Assembly (NCBI GenBank): GCA_050050395.1
Contig: JASFUG010000003.1
Coordinates: forward strand, 1-36,053
Length of the DNA stretch: 36,053 nt
DNA from: Nitrospirota bacterium
GTDB taxonomy: Bacteria; CG2-30-53-67; CG2-30-70-394
Reading direction: 5' to 3'
In this document: positions 6,903 to 16,200 of the stretch, in pieces
Position numbering within the stretch: position 1 is the first letter of the stretch
How the letters are laid out: each line of letters begins with the position of its first letter
Position numbers and translations under genes: made by a program
Notes under the pieces: model-generated
What the model was told of the DNA's origin: nothing
The model's input: the letters and a program-made list of their open reading frames with translations, nothing else
Databases searched by the model: none

Positions 6903-9401
6903 CTACGCTCCCGCGGCGAGGTCTGCCGGGACGACCGGCGGCTGGAGGAGGCGGCGGCGCAGCTCCAGGACCGGGGCGCGGAACGCCGGGTCGACGCGGG
7001 GGAAGCCGCCGGCGACGTCGGTGAGCTGTTGCAGGGTGCGCACCAGGTCGCCCTCCATCACCCCGCCCTCGACGAAGTCCGCCACCAGGGAGGCCCACGG
7101 CTCGCCCGCCAGCCACCGCTTGGCGAGCTCGCCGCCGCCCCAGCCGTAGCCGGCGAAGCGGATGCGGTTGCCCGGCAGGCGGCGGTAGCGGGAGGAGAGG
7201 TGCTCGGGGTAGAGCTCGGTCAGCTCTCTCGGGGCGTCGCCGATCTCCGACTCCCATCGCTCCCCGGCCAGGGCACCGAGCAGGCCCACCTTGTCGAGGA
7301 GGTTCTCCGGGGTGACCTTGCCCTTGGCGAGACGCCGCGCCAGGTAGAGGCCGCCGTAGGTGCCGCCGAAGGCGGCGGCGGTCTCCCCCAGGGGGTTTAG
7401 GCGTCCGGTGTCGTCGCAGAACCCCTGGCGTTGCAGGTGGCCGAGGACCTTGAGCAGGTGGCCGCTGATCGGGTGGCTGCGGATCTCGTGCTCCGCGATG
7501 CGGCACGAACCGGCTACCGGGCAGTCGGCGCACACGTGGCCTGCGGCGCGTCTCTCCAGGGTGGCGAGGCGCCCCTGGCGGGCGCGGCGAATCTCCTTCA
7601 GGGCGGCGTCGGCCTCCTGAAAGGCGCGCTGGGCGATGCGCATCTGGCGGTGGGCGAGTCCCGCCCCGCGGCCGCGCGCCCGCTCGCTGCGCCGCTGGAG
7701 GCGGGCGATCTCCCCCTTCGCCTCCAGGAGACGGCGGCGCCAGGCGCGGTGCCCCCGGACCAGCTCCGCCAGGCGGCGGGCCTCGCCCTGGAGGTGGTCG
7801 AAGTCATGGCGGGTGGTGAAGCCGGTGCAGCGCGAATCGTCGCGGAAGCCGAACGCCCCCGCCGCCTCCACCACCGTGCGCGACGGCGCCAGGGGCGGCA
7901 GCGTTGTGCCCCAGTCGCCGCGGGTGAATCGCTCGAAGCTCCGCTCCAGGAGGCGGCGCAGGGGGATGGCGCCGCCGGTTGCCGCCAGCAGGGCCACCAT
8001 CTGGTCAAGGTCGACGGAGGCGGTGAGGGCCGAGCGCAGCTCCTCGCGCTCGAAGGCCACCGGCCCCGAGTGCCACGGCACCACGGAGTATCCCACCTCC
8101 TCTTTGCCGCGGCGGCCGGCGCGGCCGAGCATCTGGATCACCTCGGCGTCGGAGAAGTCCTGCACCCCTTTCGCCCCGGGGCGCTGGTGGGTGGCGACCA
8201 CCACGGTACGTACGGAGAAATCGATGCCCATGGCCAGGGTGGTGGTGCCGACGATGAAGCGCAGCAGCCCGACCTTGCCGAGGCGCTCCACCGCGTCCTT
8301 CTCCGCCGGCAACAGGGCTGCGGAGTGGTAGCCGACGCCGCTGGCCACCAGCATCCGGCGCAGCCAGGGCGAGACGAAGTCGCGGTCCGGCAGGTCGTCG
8401 AGGATTGCCGTGACCGCCGCCGCCTCGTCGTGTCCCAGGGGCGGGAGGCGGTGGGCGATTGCCTGGGCGAGGCCCTGGGCGGCCTTGCGCTTGCCCACCA
8501 TCACCAGGGCCGGGCAGAGGTCCTGCTCGAAGAGCCGGAGGTAGTCCAGGCCCGGCGCCACCGGCGGCAGTCGGTAGTTGCGTCGTGCCTGGCGCAGCGC
8601 CGGTTCGTCGACCACGTCCACCAATCCCGCCTCGCTGGGCACGAGCTGCACCAGCTCCACCGGCCGCTGCTCGTCGCGGATGCACACCGCCGGCTGATTG
8701 GAGACGGCGCCGAGCCAGCCGGCGATTTGGTCACCGTTGGCCACCGAGGCCGAGAGGAGCACGAGCTGCACGCCAGCCTCGGCAGCGATCAGGATCGTGG
8801 TCTCGTAGGCGATGCCACGCTCGCCATCGGCGAGCATGGCGTACTCGTCGATGATGGCCAGGGACCATCGTCGGGCCCCGGGGGATCCGGCGGTTTCGCG
8901 GTCCGCTGTCTCCAGCGCGCCCTCCCCCACCAGGATGTTGCGCCAGCTCTCCAGGGTGGCGACCAGCAGCGGCGCGGTGGTGTTGAGCTTCACGTCGCCG
9001 GTGTGAAGCCCCACCTGCGCGGCGCCGAAGCGCTGCTGGAAGTCGCGGTACTTGTCGTTGGCCAGGGCCTTGATCGGTGCGGTGTAGCAGCAGCGGCCGC
9101 CTTGGGCGAGGGCCATGCGGATCGCCTCCTCGCATGGCCACGTCTTCCCGGCGCCGGTGGGGGCGTCGACCACCACGTGGTCGCCGCGGGCGATCGCCGC
9201 ACCCACCTTCTCCTGCCATGGGTCCGGCACCAGCGGCCCGTCGTGGGCGAACGGCGGTCCGCCGTACACCAGCAGGGGTTTCACCGCGGCGACGAACCCG
9301 GCCGGCAGGTCACGCCGACGGGGCGCGGCCGGGTGTGCCTCCGCGCCATCGGCCCGGCGTTCGCGGTACACCCTCCGGCCTCCGCCGCCGGGGTGCCTCA
9401 T
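6903..9401 (-). CDS. Ski2/HelY-like SF2 RNA helicase with C-terminal DSHCT-like region
   Basis: PDPWQ, APTGAGKT, TAPIKALANDK, GLHTGD, IIDEYA, LSAS, TTTLAMGID, QMLGRAGRRG, C-terminal EGDLVR; start 9401 (ATG) or 9284 (GTG). Confidence 0.88.
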   Translation of the reverse strand: MRHPGGGGRRVYRERRADGAEAHPAAPRRRDLPAGFVAAVKPLLVYGGPPFAHDGPLVPDPWQEKVGAAIARGDHVVVDAPTGAGKTWPCEEAIRMALAQGGRCCYTAPIKALANDKYRDFQQRFGAAQVGLHTGDVKLNTTAPLLVATLESWRNILVGEGALETADRETAGSPGARRWSLAIIDEYAMLADGERGIAYETTILIAAEAGVQLVLLSASVANGDQIAGWLGAVSNQPAVCIRDEQRPVELVQLVPSEAGLVDVVDEPALRQARRNYRLPPVAPGLDYLRLFEQDLCPALVMVGKRKAAQGLAQAIAHRLPPLGHDEAAAVTAILDDLPDRDFVSPWLRRMLVASGVGYHSAALLPAEKDAVERLGKVGLLRFIVGTTTLAMGIDFSVRTVVVATHQRPGAKGVQDFSDAEVIQMLGRAGRRGKEEVGYSVVPWHSGPVAFEREELRSALTASVDLDQMVALLAATGGAIPLRRLLERSFERFTRGDWGTTLPPLAPSRTVVEAAGAFGFRDDSRCTGFTTRHDFDHLQGEARRLAELVRGHRAWRRRLLEAKGEIARLQRRSERARGRGAGLAHRQMRIAQRAFQEADAALKEIRRARQGRLATLERRAAGHVCADCPVAGSCRIAEHEIRSHPISGHLLKVLGHLQRQGFCDDTGRLNPLGETAAAFGGTYGGLYLARRLAKGKVTPENLLDKVGLLGALAGERWESEIGDAPRELTELYPEHLSSRYRRLPGNRIRFAGYGWGGGELAKRWLAGEPWASLVADFVEGGVMEGDLVRTLQQLTDVAGGFPRVDPAFRAPVLELRRRLLQPPVVPADLAAGA

Positions 9402-9440
9402 CCGGTTCGTCCAGTGAGACGGTAACGAAGGCCATGACGG

Positions 9441-9518
9441 TCACCACAGAGACACAGAGGAGACAGAGGACGAGGCGAGTGAATAGACATCTCTGTGATC
9501 TCTGTGTCTCTGTGGTGA
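9441..9518. repeat. Inverted repeat with 19-bp perfect core (periodic-arm family)
   Basis: TCACCACAGAGACACAGAGGAGACAGAG ... CTCTGTGATCTCTGTGTCTCTGTGGTGA. Confidence 0.9.
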
Positions 9519-9534
9519 AGGATCTGGTGGAGGC

Positions 9535-9565
9535 GGTGCGCCGCGCTGCGCTTGGCACACCCTAC
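9535..9565 (-). repeat. GTAG-type REP element
   Basis: Minus strand GTAG-GGTGTGCC-AAGCGCAGCGC-GGCGCACC: GTAG tetranucleotide followed by a hairpin. Confidence 0.75.
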
Positions 9566-9595
9566 GGAGGCGTCGGCTCCCCGGTCGGCCAATCC

Positions 9596-10009
9596 CTACT
9601 CCCGCTCCGCCTGCCACTTCTCGTACGCGGCGGCGAACAGCGCTTCCATCTCGTCAATCACCTCGCCGCCGTCGTGGCCCATCATGTGGTGGCGCATCAT
9701 CAGGTTGGCCGCCTCGGAGAACAGGGACTCGCCGGTGAGCATCGGATAATTGGCCTTCAGCCGCTTCAGGGCGTGGACCGGCTTCTCCTCCGGCGGACGC
9801 GGAATCGCCAGTGGCTGGGTCGCGGGCTCGCTCGCGTCGGGCTCTGACGCCGCGGCCGGGTCATCCCGTCCACCGGGCTCGACGCCGCGCCGCTTGTTCT
9901 CCTCCACCAGGAAGCGGGCGAAGTCGATCACCGTGCGCCGCTGCTCGGCGGTGAGCTGGCGCAGCAACAGGTCGAGGGGACTGGTGGGGGGAAGGAACAT
10001 CGCGGCCAT
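9596..10009 (-). CDS. Conserved hypothetical protein
   Basis: GC3-rich 137-aa ORF; R.TVIDFARFL and PLAIPRP.EE..V.ALKRL...YPML...VIDEMEALF resemble a proteobacterial family often loosely labelled Crp/Fnr, but no cNMP or HTH motif visible. Confidence 0.7.
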   Translation of the reverse strand: MAAMFLPPTSPLDLLLRQLTAEQRRTVIDFARFLVEENKRRGVEPGGRDDPAAASEPDASEPATQPLAIPRPPEEKPVHALKRLKANYPMLTGESLFSEAANLMMRHHMMGHDGGEVIDEMEALFAAAYEKWQAERE

Positions 10010-10044
10010 TATTTCACAATGGCTGTGCTAGCGTTGAGGGAAGC

Positions 10045-10644
10045 GTGAATACCTTCGACCTCTACCTCTACATCGACGGCGTCCCCACCGTGGACCAGGT
10101 CAGCCGTGTCCTGCACGAGTTCTCCGCCCAGTGGGACGGGCAGATGAGCTGGTGGGTGACGGACCCCAAGGATCGCGGTTCCGGCGTACGCTGCGGTCTG
10201 CTGATCGAGCCGCACGTCGCGCCTGTCGCCGGCCGCCTCTCCCATGCGGCCATGGCGGGCATCGCCATCTCCACCGACGAGGCGCGCGCCGACAAGGACT
10301 TCGTCAATCAGCTCAACGTGGCGGCGGCCCTGCATCGCGCCCTGGGCGGCTCCCTCTACGATCCGCAGGGCGATGCGCTCCTCGCCACCCGCGACGACCT
10401 GAGCGAGTTCGCCACCACCAAGGTGGTGCAGTACTTCAACCAGGGAGAGAGCTTCCAGCGCGAGGTGGAGGCGGCGGCGGAAACGCGCGAGCTCCTCGGT
10501 GGCAGCGCCCTGTGGGAGCCGAGCGAGGAAGAGTTAGACGACATCATTCGCGAGAACCGGGGGCTGATGGTGGTCGGTCTGATCAGCCTCGTCTTTCTGG
10601 CCATCTTCGTGGCGATGGCGGTCCAGAAATCGTGCGGAGGGTGA
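10045..10644 (+). CDS. Hypothetical protein with C-terminal membrane anchor
   Basis: GAGGG RBS, GTG start, GC3-rich codons, C-terminal GLMVVGLISLVFLAIFVAMAV helix. Confidence 0.75.
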   Translation: MNTFDLYLYIDGVPTVDQVSRVLHEFSAQWDGQMSWWVTDPKDRGSGVRCGLLIEPHVAPVAGRLSHAAMAGIAISTDEARADKDFVNQLNVAAALHRALGGSLYDPQGDALLATRDDLSEFATTKVVQYFNQGESFQREVEAAAETRELLGGSALWEPSEEELDDIIRENRGLMVVGLISLVFLAIFVAMAVQKSCGG

Positions 10645-10648
10645 GGGG

Positions 10649-11353
10649 ATGGACGTCGGGGAACGGAGACACGGGAGTAGGGTGATCGCGGCTCCGCGAC
10701 GCGCCGGGCGATGGTTGTGCGCCCTGGCGGTGGCGGCGGCGATGACATTGCCGGTCCGGGGCAACGCATTCGTACCGGTGATCGCCGCCCGTGCGGCGGT
10801 CGCCAATGCCGCCGCCACCGCGGCCCTGGCTACGGCCGCGGTGGCCCACGGCGCAGCGGCCCACGCCCTGGCAGGGGCGGCCGTGCTCCACGCGGCACCG
10901 GTGCCCCTGGGGTTCGCCTACGGCGGGGTATCGGCGGTGCGCGGGCTGCACCTCGGTGGAGCCGGCTTTCTCACCGCGGGCGCCGCGGGTGTCGAGTCGG
11001 GGTTGGCGTTGACCGGCACGGCGATCGCGCTGGTGGGGGGCGGGGTGGCCCTGTTCCCGGCGCCGGGGATTCCCCTGCCGATCCGCATCGGCGCCGCCGG
11101 CGTGGCGGTGCACGGTGCCGGGGTGGCCGGCCACGCGGGGATCGCCGCGCCTGTCCATCTGCACATCGCCGGGACCGAGCTGCACCTCGCGGCGGCCTCC
11201 GGCATGGGAACCGTCGCCAGCGCCGCGGTCGCCACCACTCACGCCGGCATCACGGGCTTCACCATGTCCGCCGCGGCCTGGGAGGCGACCCTCGCTCGCT
11301 TCGCCGCCCACGCGGCGGTCGTCAGCATCCTTCTTCCACCACCCATCCTGTAA
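10649..11353 (+). CDS. Hypothetical exported/membrane Ala/Gly/His-rich protein
   Basis: Starts 4 nt after upstream stop with GAGGGG RBS; GC3-rich codons; signal-like segment RWLCALAVAAAMTLPVRGNA|F. Confidence 0.6.
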   Translation: MDVGERRHGSRVIAAPRRAGRWLCALAVAAAMTLPVRGNAFVPVIAARAAVANAAATAALATAAVAHGAAAHALAGAAVLHAAPVPLGFAYGGVSAVRGLHLGGAGFLTAGAAGVESGLALTGTAIALVGGGVALFPAPGIPLPIRIGAAGVAVHGAGVAGHAGIAAPVHLHIAGTELHLAAASGMGTVASAAVATTHAGITGFTMSAAAWEATLARFAAHAAVVSILLPPPIL

Positions 11354-11379
11354 CTGCTGGACTCACGGAGCATGTACCT

Positions 11380-11461
11380 GTAGGAGCGAGCTTGCTCGCG
11401 AACCCGGACCATTGCCCACCGTGCGTCTGAGGCGTCGCTTTGCGGCCAAGGTCGCTTCGAC
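11380..11461. repeat. GTAG-type REP doublet (one intact, one degenerate inverted copy)
   Basis: GTAGGAGCGAGCTTGCTCGCGAA (11380-11402) and, on the minus strand, GTCGAAGCGACCTTGGCCGCAAA (11461-11439). Confidence 0.75.
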
Positions 11462-11486
11462 GGCGTGCGATCGAGCCATGCTGCTC

Positions 11487-12302
11487 CTACCAGTACCGCT
11501 CCACGTGGACCTGGCCGGGCTGCTTCTTGGAGTGCTCGCGGAATCCCTCGACTGCGAGCCTCTCGGACATCGACTCGATCATCGCCGGGTTGCCGCACAG
11601 GAAGATGTGGGTGGTCTCCGGGGTGGGACGAAGGCCCCACGCCGCCTCCAGGTCGCCGGCCTCCCACAGGTCCTGGACGTGGCCTTCGGCGCCACGCCAT
11701 TCCACCAGCTCCTCCGCAGGCCGGCTGATGATCGGCAGATAGGTGAAGTTGGGGCACACGCGGCGCAGGGTGGAGAGCTCGGAGCGGTAGCCCAGGTCCC
11801 ACGAGTGGCGCGCGCCGTGGAGCACGGCGAAGCGCCGCTCCGTGTCACCGGTGAGGAAGGTGCGGAGCATGCTCATGTAGGGGGCCAGCCCGGTGCCGGT
11901 GGCGATCAGCGCCACGTGGCGATCGGCGGGCACCTTGTCGAGAGTGAACAGGCCGGAGCTCCTCGTTGACATCCACAGGCGGTTCCCCACTTGCAGGGCG
12001 AAGAGCCGCGGGGTGAGGGCGCCGGAGCGCACGAGAGTGATGTAGAACTCCAGATACTCCGTGGCCAGCGACGAGGAGGCGATGGAATAGGAGCGGCGGA
12101 TCAGGACATCGGGCTTGCGTTGCACCTCCTCCGGATCGCTCATGGGGTAGCGCGGCGCGCTGCCCGGCAGGGCGAGGACCGCGAACTGGCCAGGCTCGAA
12201 CGGCGGCAGCTCCCAGCCGTCGGGGACCACCCGCAGGACGATCAATCCGGGCGCCACCTCGATGCGTTGCGCGACCACGGCGTTCAGCTCCGGCGCCGCC
12301 AT
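11487..12302 (-). CDS. fpr: Ferredoxin(flavodoxin)-NADP+ reductase, bacterial type
   Basis: F.PGQF, RRSYSIASS, ATGTGLAPYMSM, FLCGNPAM, C-terminal ERYW; AGAGGAG RBS. Confidence 0.9.
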   Translation of the reverse strand: MAAPELNAVVAQRIEVAPGLIVLRVVPDGWELPPFEPGQFAVLALPGSAPRYPMSDPEEVQRKPDVLIRRSYSIASSSLATEYLEFYITLVRSGALTPRLFALQVGNRLWMSTRSSGLFTLDKVPADRHVALIATGTGLAPYMSMLRTFLTGDTERRFAVLHGARHSWDLGYRSELSTLRRVCPNFTYLPIISRPAEELVEWRGAEGHVQDLWEAGDLEAAWGLRPTPETTHIFLCGNPAMIESMSERLAVEGFREHSKKQPGQVHVERYW

Positions 12303-12399
12303 GATGTCGTCTCCTCTCTAGGACAATCCAAGTTTCTCCGGCTCGCGCCAAGCGTAGCGTGGTGCCGGCGTGCGTGCAGGCGGGGCAGGCCGCGGGCGA

Positions 12400-13080
12400 T
12401 CACTTCACCGGCCGGTAGGCGCGTGCGGCGTCCACCTGCACGATGCGGTCCTCCTCCGCGATCCAGGCGGTGAGCTTGCCGCCGTACACGCAGCCCGTGT
12501 CGAGGCCTCGTACCCGCGGCGCGACGACCAGGCCGCGCCGCGCCCAGTGACCGAAGACCACGGTACGGCTGCCGCCGTAGAGCTTGTCCCACGGCACGAA
12601 CGGCGGCTTCGGCGGCGGCCAGTCGCGTTTCGGGCGATTGCCATCGCCGTCGCAATAGCGGACCGTGACCAGCCACTCCATCTCGGGGGCGAGCGGCGCA
12701 GCGAGGTCCAGGGGCGGGGTGAGGTCGTGGCGCAGGCGCTCGATCGCCGCGTCGTCCCAGGCCGGATGGAGACCGGCGTGGACCATGATCACGTCGTCCC
12801 AGGTGGCGATGAAAGGCCGGCGGGCCAGCCAGTCGCGCAGCTCATCGTCACCGCGGCGCTTGCGGATCCACCACAGGTCGTGGTTGCCGAGGACCACGGT
12901 GGCGTCGAGCTCGCGCGCCATGCCTACCACCCCGTCCGAGTCCGGTCCCTTGTTCACCAGGTCGCCCACCAGGCACAGGTGGTCGTTGGCCGGCGTGAAG
13001 GCGCACGCCTCCAATAGCCGCGCGAGCTCCTCGCGACACCCTTGTACGTCACCGATGTAGATCCGTCGTGTCGTCGTCAT
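12400..13080 (-). CDS. ApaH-like metallophosphoesterase (diadenosine tetraphosphatase / PPP family)
   Basis: IGDVQGC, VGDLVNKGPDS, VLGNHD, VHAG, VFGHWA, LDTGCVYGGKLTA. Confidence 0.88.
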   Translation of the reverse strand: MTTTRRIYIGDVQGCREELARLLEACAFTPANDHLCLVGDLVNKGPDSDGVVGMARELDATVVLGNHDLWWIRKRRGDDELRDWLARRPFIATWDDVIMVHAGLHPAWDDAAIERLRHDLTPPLDLAAPLAPEMEWLVTVRYCDGDGNRPKRDWPPPKPPFVPWDKLYGGSRTVVFGHWARRGLVVAPRVRGLDTGCVYGGKLTAWIAEEDRIVQVDAARAYRPVK

Positions 13081-13255
13081 GTGGACGCCAATCCGCCGCG
13101 CTATGGTGCCGATGGTGGCGGGCTATCCCAAGGGGAAACGGGTGCCTGGACCTCAGGGTGCCCTTGCGACCACCGATCGGTTGCCGCATGTTCCGTCCTG
13201 ACGGGCGAGGTCGGTGATCGGCCCACAGCGACTTCGCCGCACCTCCGGAGTCACG

Positions 13256-16200
13256 ATGCCGCCCACCCTGTCGACGCAGACATCCCTGGCGCAACGGCGC
13301 ACCGTACGCCGTAAGAGTCAGGTCCTGACGTGGTTGCGCGGTAATACCCCGAAGAAGGAGCACCGAGGGCTCGAGCGGATCGCGGAGGCGCTGTTCGGCG
13401 CGGTCTCGGCGCACGCCGCGGACCTCTCGGTGGAGGAGTGGGGCGCGATTGTGCGCACCGCCAAGCGTTTCCTCGCGCGGTCTGTCCCGGAGGAGGACCT
13501 GGTCAAGATCCTGCCGGCTGGCTGGGACCTGGGGGTGGCCAACCTGGAGGAGTGTTGCGGCGCGCCCCTGGACACCTCCACCACGACGGTGGTGATCCGC
13601 TGTCAGGACTCGCCGTTCATCTTCGAGGCAGTACGCAACTTCCTGCGCAAGCGCGGAATCCACATCTTTCTCAGCCTCCATCCGGTCCTTGAACAGAAGA
13701 CCGGACCGGAGCAGCTCATCTACCTGCAGATCGACAAGGTCGTGCACCCCGACAGGCTGGCCGAGCTCCGGATGGATGTCGCGTGGTTGCTGCGCGGGGT
13801 GATGCTGTCGATCGATGATTTTGCGCGTTTCAACACCCGCCTGGTGGCCCTGGCCAGGGATCTGCAGGCGGGGAACGGTGACCAGGAGGTGGCCGCCTTT
13901 GCCGAGTGGCTGGCGGACGACCACTTCATCTTTCTCGGCTACCAGGCGTTCGAGGCGGACGGCCGTGACAAGCCGTGCCGGCCGGTGCGTGGCAGCAGCC
14001 TCGGCATGTTCCGTGACCAGCGGGTGCTAGAGCGATTGTTGCCGGGTCTGGGTGAGGAGGTGGCCGACTGCGTCGCCTCGATGCGCTCGGCGCTGGCGAT
14101 CGACTTCAGTCCCGCGGGCACCCGCGTGGCCTACCACAACGAGCCGGTCGAGTGCCTGATGCTCGAGACCCGCTCGCGCGGTGGGAAACGACGGCGCCAT
14201 TGCCTGGTGGGCCGCTTGTCGCGCGGCGGGCTCCTGAAGCGCAGCTCCGGTGTGCCCTTCCTGCGCGCCAAGCTCGCGGCGATCCAGGAGGCGCGGGGCC
14301 GCACTGGAGGCCGCTACCAGCGGCGCGAGATCGAGACCCTGTTCAACTACTTCCCCAAGCGCGAGCTCCTTTACAGCCCGGTTGCGGACCTCATCCAACG
14401 CTTCGACGAGGTCCTCTCGGTGCAGGGGGACGAAGGGCTCAGCGTCGGTTACCGACTGGGCAAGGGCGACGCGTACTGGGCCGTGACCGTCGGCCTGCCG
14501 CGCACCCGATTCGGCGAGGACACCGCCTGGACCATCGCCGGCGTGGTGGCGGAGGCATTCGGACACCCGGTCCTCGACCGGGTCGAGGGGCTGGGTGACG
14601 CGGTTGGGGTGCTGGTCTTCTATCTTCCGGCGAACGGTGGCTCTCCACCGCCCGCCGCCGTCCTGCACGAGCGCATCCGCGATGCCCTCACCGAGTGGGA
14701 GGATGAGTTCCTGCGCCTGCTGGTGGAACGCTACGGTGAGCATCCCGCCTTCGTCCTGCTGCACCGCTACGGGCCGCGCCTGCCGGTGGTCTACAAGGAG
14801 TGCACCGACCCGCGGGTGGCGCTGGTGGAAGTGGAGCATCTGGAACGCCTCGCCGAGGGCACCGGTCCGATTCCCTACTGCATCGATAATGACCGGGGCG
14901 AGCTGCAACTCCGGATCCTCGCCGCGGCGCCGCTGGATCTCATGGCCCTGATACCGATGCTGCGCCACCTGGGGCTGGCGGCGAGCGACGAGATCATGGC
15001 GCGCCTCACGCGGGCACCGAGCAAGCCCGCGGTGCACGTGGTTACCCTCGGTGGGCCCGAAGAGCACCTGGAGGCCGTACGTACCTGCCAGAACCCCCTG
15101 TGCGAGGCCCTCGCCGCGGTCCTGCGCGGGGAGATGCAGGACGAGCCATCCAACGCCCTCATCCTCCACGCCGGCCTCTCTCCCAGTGCGGTGCGATTGT
15201 TCCGCACCCTGCGTGGCTACCTGCTGCAGGTGAACCAGAGCCTGATGGAGACCGGCATCCTGCGCACGGTGCTGACCTACCCGGCGGCGATCGCCGCCCT
15301 GCACGACTACTTCTCCGCGCGCTTCGACCCGGACCTTGCCGGCGATCGGGACGAGGCCATGGAGCAGGCGGCGAGTCGCTTCGCGGACCGCCTGGCGGAG
15401 GTGACCGGCCTGGCGGACGACGAGATCCTACGCGGCCTGTTCAACGTCGCCGCGGCGACGGTGCGTACCAATTACTTCACCTCCGCGCGGGACCACTACC
15501 TCGCCCTGAAGATCGATTCGCAGGCCATCGACAAGATGCCCGAGCCGCGGCCCCTGGTGGAGATTTTCGTCCACGCCCGGGGCATGGAGGGGATCCACCT
15601 GCGTGGCGGCCGGGTGGCGCGTGGAGGGCTGCGCTGGTCCGACCGACCGGACGACTTCCGTACCGAGGTCCTCGGATTGATGAAGGCGCAGATGGTGAAG
15701 AACAGCGTGATCGTGCCGGTCGGCTCCAAGGGTGGCTTCGTCCTGCGGCGCACCTCGTTCGCCAGCCGCGACGAGCAGATGTCCCACCTGCGGGCCCAGT
15801 ACCAGACCTTCGTCGCCGGCCTGCTCGGGCTCACCGACAACGTCGTGGCCGGCCGCGTCGTCCACCCTCCGGGCGTGGTGATCCACGACGGCGACGATCC
15901 CTATCTGGTGGTGGCGGCGGACAAGGGCACGGCGCACCTGTCGGATGCGGCGAACGAGGTGGCGGATCGTCTCGGCTTCTGGCTCGGTGACGCCTTCGCC
16001 TCGGGTGGCGCCAAGGGATACGACCACAAGAAGGAGGCGATCACCGCGCGCGGCGCCTGGGAGTGCGTGAAACGCCACTTCCGCGAGCTCGACCACGATA
16101 TCCAGAACGAGCCGTTCACCGTGGTCGGCATCGGTGACATGGCCGGCGACGTGTTCGGCAACGGGATGCTGCTGTCACGCCATATCCGGTTGCAGGTGGC

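Noticed and set aside
7431-9425. 664-aa plus-strand ORF and similar long antisense ORFs (337-1617, 14027-15304, 25498-27132, 31584-32930)
   Set aside because: Shadow frames of well-supported genes, expected at this GC content; no motifs
13100-13200. Possible structured RNA leader upstream of the glutamate dehydrogenase
   Set aside because: Only short GC-rich pairings; no match to riboswitch consensus I know; cannot be told from chance without covariation data
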